64,000 bases of DNA from Tissierellia bacterium (GTDB lineage: Bacteria; Bacillota; Clostridia; Tissierellales; Peptoniphilaceae): the NCBI GenBank assembly GCA_030538075.1, contig JAUNUQ010000006.1, forward strand, positions 22,971 through 86,970, in the 5' to 3' direction. Every line of letters begins with the position of its first letter. The first letter of the stretch is position 1. Under the pieces are notes generated by a model that was not told the DNA's origin, ran no database searches, and saw only the letters and a list, made by a program, of their open reading frames with translations. A program made the translations under genes and the position numbers. Of this stretch, positions 38,027 to 47,361 are shown in pieces.

Positions 38027-40745
38027 ACCAAGTGCTTCCAGTATTCACATCCACCTTGATGGGGATGGACAGAGTCATCGCAGACTCCATCGTCTCCTGG
38101 AGAAGCACCTTCACTTCCTCTACTTCATCTTCACGTGCTTCGACGATCAATTCGTCATGCACCTGAAGGATCAGTCGAGAGGCGAGCCCCCTTTTCTTCA
38201 ACTCGCGATAGACATCCACCATCGCCACTTTGATGATGTCTGCAGCAGAGCCTTGGATCGGCGTATTCAGGGCGATGCGTTCGCCAAAACCCCTAATATT
38301 GTGGTTAGAGGAAGCCAGTTCCGGAATATACCTGCGCCTGTGTAGAATCGTCTCCACATATCCATCGGACCTCCCCTGCTCGACGATGGACTCCATATAC
38401 TGCCGAACCATGGGATAGGTGTCCAAGTAGCGCTCAATATACTCCTTCGCCTCGGCTCGTGGAATGTCCAGGTCCCTAGACAATCCAAAGTCACTGATCC
38501 CATAGATGATCCCGAAGTTGACCGCCTTGGCCCTTGATCTCTGGAGCGGCGTCACCTCTTCTAAGGGTGTATGAAACACCTCAGAAGCCGTGCGTGTATG
38601 AAAGTCGTCCCCCGCTAAGAAGGCTTTGATCATCGCCTCATCCTGGGACAAATGCGCCAACACCCGCAGTTCGATCTGGGAATAATCCGCGTCCACTAGC
38701 AAATACCCGGCTTTGGGGACAAAGGCCTTTCGTATCCGCCGCCCCTCCTCTGTCTTGATGGGAATATTTTGCAGATTGGGATCTGTGCTGCTGATGCGGC
38801 CGGTCGCAGCAATATTTTGTTTAAAGGTGGAGTGAATCCGTCCATCCTCTCGAATCAGGGGAGTGAGTCCATCGATATAGGTTCCGATCAACTTGACAAT
38901 GCTCCGATACTCCAAGATCTTCTCCACGATGGGATGCTGTCCAGAGAGCTTTTCTAATACCTGGGCATCTGTGGAATACCCGGTCTTGGTCTTCTTGACA
39001 ACAGGCAGCTTTAGCTGATCAAAGAGCACCTCACCCAATTGTTTTGGGGAGTTAATATTAAAGGAGACTCCGGCATCCTCATAAATTCCATGTTCCAGCC
39101 GCGTCGCCACCTCTTGAAATTCCCTTCCCAAATCCTCCAGCACTTGGATATCAACCTGAAAACCCTGATGCTCCATTTCCGTCAAGACCTCGATCAAGGG
39201 TAACTCCACCCTCTGATATAGCTCTGTCATCTGACGTTCTTCCAGCATGGGAGTAAAATAGGGGAAGAGCTTTTCTATGCCGTGAACCACCTGCGCTATA
39301 TAATCAAAGAGGGCTTCCTGCGCAATATCCTCCAATGGGATTCGCTTTTTCCCCTTACCCTGCAGTTCATCGCGGGAGAGGATTCGTATGCCCACATGTT
39401 TTTCGAGTTGTTTTTCCATGGTCATCCCCGTCTGGGACGGATCCAACAGATAGTCCATGATCATGGCATCATCGTAGTTTTGGAGGGCTACGCCCCCATT
39501 CTTTAACCAGAGCATCTCCTCCTTTACATCAAAGGAGCCTTTGGTGAGCGCCGGGTCTGTAAAGAGATCGTTAAAGCACTCCCAGTTTAATCTACTGGAG
39601 TCCGTAGTCTTTATGGAGCTCTGCAGCTCTTCAGGATCCGTTTCAAAAAGGGATCCCTGGGAAAATTCCACCTCTGCATCTGGTTTTTGGATCTGGGCCA
39701 AATAGACCCTTGGTTCCCCGGGTAGTTTAAACCCAACCGCCTCAATCCTCTTGCGCAGGGCATAACCCTCATCAGAAAAGAACTTAAAGGTGACACGGCC
39801 GGCTTTTTTTGCCGCTAATAAGAACTCTTGGAGATTCTCTTCGCCCAAAACAACCTGTTCTAGTCTCACTTCAAGCTCGACCTCTGGCTTTGGAAGCCGA
39901 GAGGCAAAGGTGCGAAATTCAAGTCGTTCAAATTTCCTTCTGAGCTCCTCCACATCTTCACTCCGCAGGAGATAGCTGTCTAGCTCCAGGTCGATTGGAG
40001 CATTTAGAAAAATCTCCCCCAAACTGCGACTTAGATAAGCTATGTCCTTCCCATCGATGAGCTTCTGCTTTATGGCCTTTCCGCTCACCTGATCGATGCT
40101 CTCATAAATACCATCCATGCTGCCGTATTCCCGTATCAACTTGAGTGCGGTCTTTTCACCAATTCCCGGGATGCCTGGAATATTGTCGGAGGTGTCTCCC
40201 ATCAGGCCCTTTACATCGATGAATTGCTGCGGCTGTATTCCATATTCATCGAGGATCCTCTGCGTATCGTATTCGATGATCTCGCTGATCCCCTTTTTCG
40301 TCAGTACCACCTGTCGATTTTCCCCCACCAATTGGAGGAAATCGCGGTCCCCGGTAAACAGGATCACCTGATGTCCCTCCTGAGAGAAAACACGGCCCAA
40401 AGTCCCACAGATATCGTCGGCTTCATATCCATCCAGATCCAGATGCACCACACCCATCGAGTCCAGTACATCCTTTAGAATTCCAAACTGGGCACTCAAC
40501 TCACTCGGGGTCTCTTGTCGATTTCCCTTGTAGGCGGCATAGTCCTCCTCCCTGAAAGTTGGACCACTGCGGTCAAAGGCCACACAGACATAATCAGGAG
40601 CATATTGGTCTACAATGCGATAATACATGCTCAAGAAGCCGTAAACCCCATTCGTATATATGCCATCCTTTGTCGTCAACTCGCGAATTGCATAAAAGGC
40701 TCGAAACAACAAACTGGAGCCGTCAATCAAAACAATCTTCCCCAT
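38013..40745 (-). CDS. polA: DNA polymerase I
   Basis: ORF 38013..40757 trimmed to the ATG at 40745. It has a 5'-nuclease N-terminus (LIDGSSLLFRAFYA) and polymerase motifs A (DYSQIELRVLAH), B (RSRAKAVNFGIIYG) and C (LQVHDEL). Confidence 0.95.
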   Translation of the reverse strand: MGKIVLIDGSSLLFRAFYAIRELTTKDGIYTNGVYGFLSMYYRIVDQYAPDYVCVAFDRSGPTFREEDYAAYKGNRQETPSELSAQFGILKDVLDSMGVVHLDLDGYEADDICGTLGRVFSQEGHQVILFTGDRDFLQLVGENRQVVLTKKGISEIIEYDTQRILDEYGIQPQQFIDVKGLMGDTSDNIPGIPGIGEKTALKLIREYGSMDGIYESIDQVSGKAIKQKLIDGKDIAYLSRSLGEIFLNAPIDLELDSYLLRSEDVEELRRKFERLEFRTFASRLPKPEVELEVRLEQVVLGEENLQEFLLAAKKAGRVTFKFFSDEGYALRKRIEAVGFKLPGEPRVYLAQIQKPDAEVEFSQGSLFETDPEELQSSIKTTDSSRLNWECFNDLFTDPALTKGSFDVKEEMLWLKNGGVALQNYDDAMIMDYLLDPSQTGMTMEKQLEKHVGIRILSRDELQGKGKKRIPLEDIAQEALFDYIAQVVHGIEKLFPYFTPMLEERQMTELYQRVELPLIEVLTEMEHQGFQVDIQVLEDLGREFQEVATRLEHGIYEDAGVSFNINSPKQLGEVLFDQLKLPVVKKTKTGYSTDAQVLEKLSGQHPIVEKILEYRSIVKLIGTYIDGLTPLIREDGRIHSTFKQNIAATGRISSTDPNLQNIPIKTEEGRRIRKAFVPKAGYLLVDADYSQIELRVLAHLSQDEAMIKAFLAGDDFHTRTASEVFHTPLEEVTPLQRSRAKAVNFGIIYGISDFGLSRDLDIPRAEAKEYIERYLDTYPMVRQYMESIVEQGRSDGYVETILHRRRYIPELASSNHNIRGFGERIALNTPIQGSAADIIKVAMVDVYRELKKRGLASRLILQVHDELIVEAREDEVEEVKVLLQETMESAMTLSIPIKVDVNTGSTWYESK

Positions 40746-40860
40746 ATTCCACCTCACTTAAACTTAAGTATATAATAGGAACGAAGAAATGAAAAGCAAT
40801 GAAATTTCGCTACCCTATCGACAATAATTAAAGATTTCGGAAAATTCATGCAAAATTCAC

Positions 40861-40890
40861 TTGCAAAGTACCCCCTCTTTATGCTATTAT
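40861..40890 (+). promoter_or_regulatory. sigma-A type promoter of tRNA-Leu(CAA)
   Basis: TTGCAA (40861..40866), an 18-nt spacer, then TATTAT (40885..40890). The tRNA starts 16 nt downstream. Confidence 0.5.
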
Positions 40891-40905
40891 CTATTGGTAA
40901 CTTAA

Positions 40906-40992
40906 GCCGAAGTGATGGAACTGGCAGACGTGCTGGACTCAAAATCCTGTGGTGGCAACACCGTGCGGGTTCAAATCCCGCCTTCGGCACCA
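40906..40992 (+). tRNA. tRNA-Leu (anticodon CAA), CCA encoded
   Basis: GCCGAAG-TG-ATGGAACTGGCAGACGT-G-CTGGA-CTCAAAA-TCCTG-TGGTGGCAACACCGTG-GCGGG-TTCAAAT-CCCGC-CTTCGGC-A-CCA. It is a class II cloverleaf. Anticodon-stem pair 28:42 is a U-U mismatch. Confidence 0.85.
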
Positions 40993-40997
40993 ATCAT

Positions 40998-41046
40998 ACG
41001 CGTATCTTCTCAAATCGTCCCGCGACGTGAGAAATACGCGTTTTTA
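40998..41046 (+). terminator. intrinsic terminator of tRNA-Leu(CAA)
   Basis: A 14-bp stem ACGCGTAT(C)TTCTCA / TGAGAAATACGCGT with one bulge, followed directly by TTTTT. Confidence 0.7.
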
Positions 41047-41136
41047 CTTTGTCTTTTCTCGTACCTTCTCGTATTTTCTCACCCTAGTAGCAGATAAAAA
41101 AGATAAATATAATCGTAAAAAACTCAAAAATAATGC

Positions 41137-41164
41137 GAAAAGGGGCTGATATTGATCAGCCCCC
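41137..41164 (-). terminator. intrinsic terminator downstream of murT
   Basis: Minus strand GGGGCTGAT-CAAT-ATCAGCCCC followed by TTTTCGC. It lies about 175 nt after the murT stop. Confidence 0.6.
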
Positions 41165-41339
41165 AAATAGGATTCCCCATAAATAAATTCCACAGTCAGC
41201 GGTTACAGCATCTTCTGCCTTCTCGCGGTACTCCACTGACAAATCCAATTTGTTTTGGATGTAATCTGTAAATGCAATCAACATTCGCCCTGAAAAGCCA
41301 GCATTTTAAGATCCCAATATACTTGAAAGGCATCTTCCA

Positions 41340-42635
41340 CTAGATCAGCTGGGAACGGATTGCTGCCAGGGCCGTATAGTTCGAAAGAATATAGGGCTTA
41401 AGATGAGAATCGCTAAGAAGGGCGATTGCCTCTTTGGGATCTAGTATGATCTTGAGCCGATCTTCTGCCAGTCCCTTTTCCAGCAGGATTCCCTTCAGAT
41501 ATTCCGCCTGCTCTCCAGCGCAGATAAAAGTCTCTAACCCACTTTCTATCAGCTGCTCAAAATGCACTGCTTGGAGCCAACTTGGGTCTTCCCCATCCGC
41601 TGGACGGCTGTTGATCGCCAGATATAAATTGAAAGGGTCCTGTCTTTGTTCTGCCAATATGAACTCTAGCGATTGGTTTAGGCCTGCGGGATTCTTTACC
41701 AGATTGAGAATGGTATTGTGTCCCCCCAGTTGAATTTCTTCCATTCGTCCCGCACCGATCGAATAATCTGCAAGAGCCTTATCGATCACCGAATCGATGA
41801 TCTCGAGCTGTTTGGCATAGGCGATTGCCCCCAGCATATTATAGACGAAATATTTGTTTCCATATTTTGAATGGTATCGGTAACCATCGACGACAAAACT
41901 CTTGTCAACATCATCCACATCAGTGGCGAGGTATTCTATGGGAGGGGTTTCAAAACCACATTTACAGCGGAATTCTCCGATCTTGTCATAGTATCGACGT
42001 TCGTATTCCAAGGGCTGTGAGCAGACAGGACAGTTCGATTGTTCCATTTCTACTTGGGTCTCGTCTGGAAATGCCTCTACGCCAAAATAGATTTTATGGC
42101 AGTCTATCCGATCATTTCCCAGTTTCACCAATAGGGGATCATTTCCATTCAAAATCAATTTGCTGCCCTGTGGTATGGCCTCTGTCAACTTTTTTGCCAG
42201 CTGTTTTGCGCTTCCAAAACGGTCAGCCTGATCCTCAAATAGATTGGTGATCAGGATGTATTCTGGTCGTATCGCCTCAGCTAAGGAACCCAAAAAGCCC
42301 TCATCGACTTCGAATACACAGACCTGCGCATCCACCTTCCCCTGAAAATCCGTCTTCTCCAATACGACGGTGGCAATGCCCTGGGGCATATTGGCACCTT
42401 CCCTGTTGTGGACGACTCGCTTTCCCGCCTTTTCCATGATTGCGGCAATATAGTGGGTTGTCGAAGTCTTGCCATTGGTGCCCGTGACCATCACCACATC
42501 TTTTGGGTAGTCCAACTCTTCCAATAGGTCTGGGGCAATCTGTCTGGCCAGCTTGCCCGGCATACTGGATCCTCGCCCCAGTAGTCGCCCCACAAAGAGG
42601 ACGAGTTTCCCTATGAGTATTGCTAAATTCTTCAT
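41340..42635 (-). CDS. murT: Mur-ligase-family protein MurT (lipid II isoglutaminyl synthase ligase subunit)
   Basis: 431 aa with the Mur ligase P-loop VTGTNGKTST, a four-Cys ribbon (CPVCSQPLEY..FRCKCGF) characteristic of MurT, and a C-terminal DUF1727-like region (LNLVKNPAGLNQSL). Confidence 0.75.
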   Translation of the reverse strand: MKNLAILIGKLVLFVGRLLGRGSSMPGKLARQIAPDLLEELDYPKDVVMVTGTNGKTSTTHYIAAIMEKAGKRVVHNREGANMPQGIATVVLEKTDFQGKVDAQVCVFEVDEGFLGSLAEAIRPEYILITNLFEDQADRFGSAKQLAKKLTEAIPQGSKLILNGNDPLLVKLGNDRIDCHKIYFGVEAFPDETQVEMEQSNCPVCSQPLEYERRYYDKIGEFRCKCGFETPPIEYLATDVDDVDKSFVVDGYRYHSKYGNKYFVYNMLGAIAYAKQLEIIDSVIDKALADYSIGAGRMEEIQLGGHNTILNLVKNPAGLNQSLEFILAEQRQDPFNLYLAINSRPADGEDPSWLQAVHFEQLIESGLETFICAGEQAEYLKGILLEKGLAEDRLKIILDPKEAIALLSDSHLKPYILSNYTALAAIRSQLI

Positions 42636-42663
42636 AGTCTTCCTTTATTTCGTCCAAAGACGA

Positions 42664-44286
42664 TTATTTTCCTACGAGTAGGTTTAAATCCATCAGATTT
42701 CGGTTCAGGTCCTTAAGGGCCTGTTTTACCGCAATGGCCTTCTCTTCGGGGAACTGGTCCCACTCGACTCCCTGCTTAACCTTGTCGAAGGAGTCCATAT
42801 TCAAGTCCAAATCGACCATCTCCTGATGCACCGCAGACAGGATCTCCTCCTTGTTGACTGGGCTTTCACTGCGGTTCAGGTGACCCAGTTCCACGGTCTC
42901 CCACAATTCTGGTATCTTGACTTCTAAGTCCAGTTTTTCTCGAAGCACCATGGCAAGGGGTTCGCTCTCCTCAGGCTCCCCATGAACCAGAAATACTTTT
43001 GATGGTTTGGTCTTCATACTATCGACCCAGTTGAGGAGCATCGGCTCATCGGCATGCCCAGAAAAGCCATCCAATCTGTGAATATCACAGTTGACGGCGA
43101 TGGTTTCCCCCAATAGTTTGACGGATTTCGCACCGTCTTCGAGGATACGGCCCAATGATCCCACAGCTTGGTAGCCCACAAAGACGACTGCTGACTTCTC
43201 ATCCCAGAGGTGATGCTTTAAGTGATGGCGAACCCTGCCTGCCGTGGCCATCCCGCTGGAGGAGATGATCACACGAGGAAAGCGTACAGTATTAAGCATT
43301 TTGGACTCTTCTGCGCTCTGGACATATTTCAGGTTGCGAAACTCGAAGATATTATCCCCTTGGCGGATTAAATCCCTCGCTTCCTCGTCAAAGACATAGG
43401 AATTTTTCATAAAGGCCTGGGTTGCCAGGATCGCCATTGGACTGTCGATATATATTGGGATTCGCTGGTATTCCTCTATCCTCTGGTTATGCTCGTAGTA
43501 TTTATTCAGCTCATAGATGAGCTCTTGGGTTCGACCCACGGCAAAGGAGGGGATGATCACGGAGCCGCCCCGGGTTGTCACCTCGTCAATGATCTCGATC
43601 AACCGCTGGATGCTGGCGTCAATGGGTTCATGGACCGTATTTCCATAGGTGGATTCGAGTAGCAGGTAATCCGCCCCATCCACGATCTGTGGATCCCGAA
43701 TGATCGGCCTGCCAGGCATGCCCAAGTCTCCGGAGAATACGACCTTCGTCGTCTTCCCCTCTTCGTGGACCCACATCTCCAATATGGCAGAACCGAGTAT
43801 ATGACCTGCGTCGACAAAGCGAATCGTCACCTCTTCGTTGATCTGAATCAAACTGCCGTAGTGGTTGGGGACGAAGTGTTTCAAGGCGTCCTCGGCGTCC
43901 TTCATCGTGTAGAGGGGCTCGATCAGCTCCTTGCCCGAACGCTGTCTCCTCTTATTCTCCCATTGTGCATCGGACTCTTGGATCTTTGCACTGTCCTTCA
44001 GCATCACATCACAGAGATCCACGGTGGGCTTGGTAGCGTAGATGCGCCCTCGAAATCCATCCTTGACCAATTTGGGCAATCGGCCACTGTGGTCGATATG
44101 AGCATGGGTGAGAATGGCGAAATCCAGCTCGCTAGGAACAAAGCGAAACGCCTCTTCATTGAGTCGCTCTAGCTCCTTCCCACCTTGAAACATCCCACAA
44201 TCAATAATGAATTTCGAGTGATTCGTCTCGACCAGAAAATTGCTGCCCGTCACATCCCTCGCAGCTCCTAAAAATGTAATTTTCAC
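42664..44286 (-). CDS. metallo-beta-lactamase / beta-CASP family hydrolase (RNA-metabolising MBL type)
   Basis: 540 aa with a GTG start. It has the HxHxDH motif (THAHIDHSG) and beta-CASP-like blocks (ESTYG.., PSFAVGRTQE, FSGHAD, LVHGE), plus a roughly 80-aa C-terminal tail. Confidence 0.7.
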   Translation of the reverse strand: MKITFLGAARDVTGSNFLVETNHSKFIIDCGMFQGGKELERLNEEAFRFVPSELDFAILTHAHIDHSGRLPKLVKDGFRGRIYATKPTVDLCDVMLKDSAKIQESDAQWENKRRQRSGKELIEPLYTMKDAEDALKHFVPNHYGSLIQINEEVTIRFVDAGHILGSAILEMWVHEEGKTTKVVFSGDLGMPGRPIIRDPQIVDGADYLLLESTYGNTVHEPIDASIQRLIEIIDEVTTRGGSVIIPSFAVGRTQELIYELNKYYEHNQRIEEYQRIPIYIDSPMAILATQAFMKNSYVFDEEARDLIRQGDNIFEFRNLKYVQSAEESKMLNTVRFPRVIISSSGMATAGRVRHHLKHHLWDEKSAVVFVGYQAVGSLGRILEDGAKSVKLLGETIAVNCDIHRLDGFSGHADEPMLLNWVDSMKTKPSKVFLVHGEPEESEPLAMVLREKLDLEVKIPELWETVELGHLNRSESPVNKEEILSAVHQEMVDLDLNMDSFDKVKQGVEWDQFPEEKAIAVKQALKDLNRNLMDLNLLVGK

Positions 44287-45449
44287 TTGATCCTCCGCCT
44301 ATTTTCAATGATCTCATCTACATATTTATCCTTCGAGGAGATATCCCCATAGATTACGATTCCCATGAGATGACCCTCTCGATTTGACTCCCCATCTCTC
44401 TTCCAAAACAGTTGTTTGAAACCATCGCTATCCCGAAAGAGTTCTTCTCCCTCTGCTCCCGACGTATCCCCAAATGCGAATAGCTTTTTATCGCCGATCG
44501 GCATAATGGAGATCTCATCTGGATACCGGTAACTGGTGGGCTGATAGATCATATTCTTTGCGGCGGCCACCCCCTGCTTCAGGGATGCCTCCCACTGCCC
44601 GACCAATCTTTTATCAAATTCTACACAATCACCTGCTGCATAAACCCCATCGACATTGGTCTTTAAATTTTCGTCAACTTTGATACCGATGTCATATTCG
44701 ATCTCTGAGCCAAATAAAAACTCGATATTGGGCTTGATCCCCTTATTGAGAATCAGGCCGTCAATGGGCATTACCCTTCCATCCTCAAAGGCCAGCTCCT
44801 GTACATTGCCATCTCCATGCATGGCCTGAAGGGTGAGTCCAGTCATGATCTGTATCCCCATCTTCTCTAGATCCTCTGCAATGATCTTTGCTGCTGTGGC
44901 ATTGATAAAGGGGTGTAGGATGGACTGACCCCGCTCCAGTAGCAGCACAGATTTACCCATTCGGCGGAGTTCCATGGCTTGGGTCACCCCCAAATAGGTA
45001 CCACCGAGTATGGCAATGCGATCCATTGCGGATAGATCCAAGCCGATCAAGTCCTCAAGGGTCTTTAGCATAAAGGCGTTGTCGTAATTCTCGATCTGAA
45101 TCGACGGCAATACAACGCGGCTGCCCGTCGCGATCAGCAGCTGGGAATACTGAATTCCGCTGCCACCTTCCAGACCTACGATCCGGTTCTCTGTATCAAT
45201 TCGAGTCACATTGGTACTCAGACGTAGCTCCACATTATTCTCATAATACCAGTTTGTGGATCCCAACCATTCATCCCGCTGCAAAAAGGCATCGTATTCC
45301 TTCTTGGTCAGTCGTTCGATATATTTATTCAAACTCTCATTTCTAGAAATCACTGTGATCATACGATCCGGATAATACTCGCGAATGGTTTTCGCTGCAT
45401 TGTAGCCGGCTATTCCACATCCCAGTATCAGGTATTCCGTTCTGTCCAT
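44283..45449 (-). CDS. FAD-dependent pyridine nucleotide-disulfide oxidoreductase family protein
   Basis: 388 aa with two dinucleotide-binding motifs (ILGCGIAGYNAA; ILGGTYLGVTQA) and AAGDC. The stop overlaps the downstream GTG start as GTGA. Confidence 0.7.
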   Translation of the reverse strand: MDRTEYLILGCGIAGYNAAKTIREYYPDRMITVISRNESLNKYIERLTKKEYDAFLQRDEWLGSTNWYYENNVELRLSTNVTRIDTENRIVGLEGGSGIQYSQLLIATGSRVVLPSIQIENYDNAFMLKTLEDLIGLDLSAMDRIAILGGTYLGVTQAMELRRMGKSVLLLERGQSILHPFINATAAKIIAEDLEKMGIQIMTGLTLQAMHGDGNVQELAFEDGRVMPIDGLILNKGIKPNIEFLFGSEIEYDIGIKVDENLKTNVDGVYAAGDCVEFDKRLVGQWEASLKQGVAAAKNMIYQPTSYRYPDEISIMPIGDKKLFAFGDTSGAEGEELFRDSDGFKQLFWKRDGESNREGHLMGIVIYGDISSKDKYVDEIIENRRRIK

Positions 45450-45476
45450 GTCATCACCTCAACAAATATGATATCA

Positions 45477-45508
45477 ATAAAACCGCCGATATGCAATCAG
45501 CGGTTTAT
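45477..45508 (-). terminator. intrinsic terminator after potD
   Basis: Minus strand AAACCGCTGAT-TGCAT-ATCGGCGGTTT followed by a T-rich run, about 45 nt after the potD stop. Confidence 0.55.
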
Positions 45509-45553
45509 CGTATTACTATATTTTACTGGTCGACAACCCCGTTCGATCCCAAA

Positions 45554-46585
45554 CTAATTGGCTAAGACATCCGTCCAAATCTGATCGTATACAGTGATCA
45601 TCTCACCTGGATCATTAAAGACTTCCATATTTGCGTGTTTGGACAGATCCGGATAGGCGATTAGAGAGCCTTTCATCTCCTCTGAGAGCAGATCTTTCGC
45701 CTTTGCATTCGGAGTCGAATACCCTACATAGTCTGCGTTGCGCATGGCAATCTCAGGATCCAATAAGAAATTGATGAACAGCTCTGCATTTTCTTTGTTC
45801 TCTGCGTCCTTGGGAATGACACAGGCATCAAACCATAGGTTTGAGCCCTCCTTTGGAATGACATATTCCAAATTGGGGTTTTGTCGAACTGCATCGTAGG
45901 CATCCCCAGAGTACATGACGGCGATGGCAGCCTCTTCTCCAACCATCATATCCTTGGATTGGTCCACTTGATAGGCCAAAGTCAGGGGTTTTTGCTGAAT
46001 TAAGAGCTCCTTCGCCTCTGCCAACTCCCCTTCATCCATAGAGTTGATGGAATAACCCGACTTGATCAGGGCAATCCCGATGGAATCCCTGGAGCTATCG
46101 AGCATCAAGATCTGGTTTGCATATTTTTCATCCCAGAGGATGTCCCAGCTGTCCACCGGCTCCGATACCATAGTCTTGTTGTATACGATGCCCAATGTCC
46201 CCCAGAAATAGGGCACGGAATACTTGTCCTCGGGATCATAGCTCTTATGCAGTAATTCGGGGTCGAGGTTCTCAAAGTTCGGGATCTTTGAGAAGTCAAC
46301 CTCCGCCAATAGATCCTCCTTGATCAGCTTTTCGATCATATAGTCCGATGGAACCAGCAGATCGAAGGAGCTTCCGCCCTTCTTCAGCTTCACATACATG
46401 TCTTCATTCGTCACAAAAGTGTCATATTTCACTGTAATGCCGGTCTGTTCTTCAAATTCGGCGAGGAGATCCTTGTCGATATACTCTCCCCAGTTGTAGA
46501 CATTGACTACCTTTTTCTCTTCGCCTCCACCACAGCCCACCAGCAACAGGACACAGGAGAGAACCAAAATTAAAATTTTCTTCAT
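45554..46585 (-). CDS. potD: spermidine/putrescine ABC transporter substrate-binding lipoprotein
   Basis: 343 aa with the lipobox LLVGCGG and PotD-type blocks (VYNWGEYID, VPSDYMIEKL, YFWGTLGIVYN, YVIPKEGSNLWFD). Confidence 0.85.
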   Translation of the reverse strand: MKKILILVLSCVLLLVGCGGGEEKKVVNVYNWGEYIDKDLLAEFEEQTGITVKYDTFVTNEDMYVKLKKGGSSFDLLVPSDYMIEKLIKEDLLAEVDFSKIPNFENLDPELLHKSYDPEDKYSVPYFWGTLGIVYNKTMVSEPVDSWDILWDEKYANQILMLDSSRDSIGIALIKSGYSINSMDEGELAEAKELLIQQKPLTLAYQVDQSKDMMVGEEAAIAVMYSGDAYDAVRQNPNLEYVIPKEGSNLWFDACVIPKDAENKENAELFINFLLDPEIAMRNADYVGYSTPNAKAKDLLSEEMKGSLIAYPDLSKHANMEVFNDPGEMITVYDQIWTDVLAN

Positions 46586-47361
46586 CAGTATAAATCCTCC
46601 GTTTTCGTATTTCTATTGATCAATATTAGCAAGAGTAGCATTGCTACAAACATCAGAGTTGACAATGCATTAATAATCGGATTGATTCCACGTCTTGCCA
46701 TGGAAAAAACCGTCGTCGAAATATTCGCCACTCCATGACCCGTCGTAAAGAAAGAGATGACGAAATCGTCGATGGAGAGGGTAAAGGCCAGCATGGCTCC
46801 CGTTGCGATTCCCGGTTGAATCTCAGGTAAGACCACTTTGAGAAAAGCTTCCAGAGGCGTTGCTCCCAAATCCATCGCCGCTTCGGGAATATGGCGGTTC
46901 ATCTGCTTGAGTTTCGGCAAGATGGATAGGACCACATAGGGGATCGTAAAGGCCACATGAGACAATAGCATCGTAAAGAGCCCAAACTTCATCTGCATCG
47001 CCCCATAGAGCACCATCAACGAAACCGCCGTCACGATGTCCGGGTTCAGCACCGGAATATAGTTGAGGTTGAGGACAACCCCCTTCCACAATTTGGAATA
47101 ATTTGAGATTCCCATCGCTGCCAACACGCCGATCACCGTGGAGATAATCGTCGTCAAAACGGCGATTAGAATCGTATTGTACATGGCCTGCATGACTTCT
47201 CTATCCTGAAAGAGCTCCACATACCATTTGAGGGTAAAGCCCTCCCAACTGCCTCTGAGCCTTGAATCGTTAAAAGAAAAGACGATTAAGACGATGATGG
47301 GAGCATAGAGGAACAAAAAGGTCAAAGCCAGATAGAGCTTTCGAAACTGAAATTTCACCAC
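46585..47361 (-). CDS. potC: spermidine/putrescine ABC transporter permease PotC
   Basis: 258 aa with a GTG start, 6 TM segments and an EAA-loop-like EAAMDLGATPLEAF. Confidence 0.85.
   Translation of the reverse strand: MVKFQFRKLYLALTFLFLYAPIIVLIVFSFNDSRLRGSWEGFTLKWYVELFQDREVMQAMYNTILIAVLTTIISTVIGVLAAMGISNYSKLWKGVVLNLNYIPVLNPDIVTAVSLMVLYGAMQMKFGLFTMLLSHVAFTIPYVVLSILPKLKQMNRHIPEAAMDLGATPLEAFLKVVLPEIQPGIATGAMLAFTLSIDDFVISFFTTGHGVANISTTVFSMARRGINPIINALSTLMFVAMLLLLILINRNTKTEDLY

Noticed and set aside
40754-40993. 79-aa minus-strand ORF, and plus-strand ORFs 40848..41149, overlapping the tRNA-Leu(CAA) gene.
   Set aside because: The sequence folds as a canonical class II tRNA with its own promoter and terminator. 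The ORFs are artefacts of the tRNA region.
40993-41339. Possible genomic-island integration scar next to tRNA-Leu(CAA) (about 350 nt non-coding, short TTCTCGTA direct repeats at about 41057 and 41067).
   Set aside because: No integrase or recombinase gene is present, and no duplicated copy of the tRNA 3' end is visible. I keep it only as context for the possible gatD remnant.
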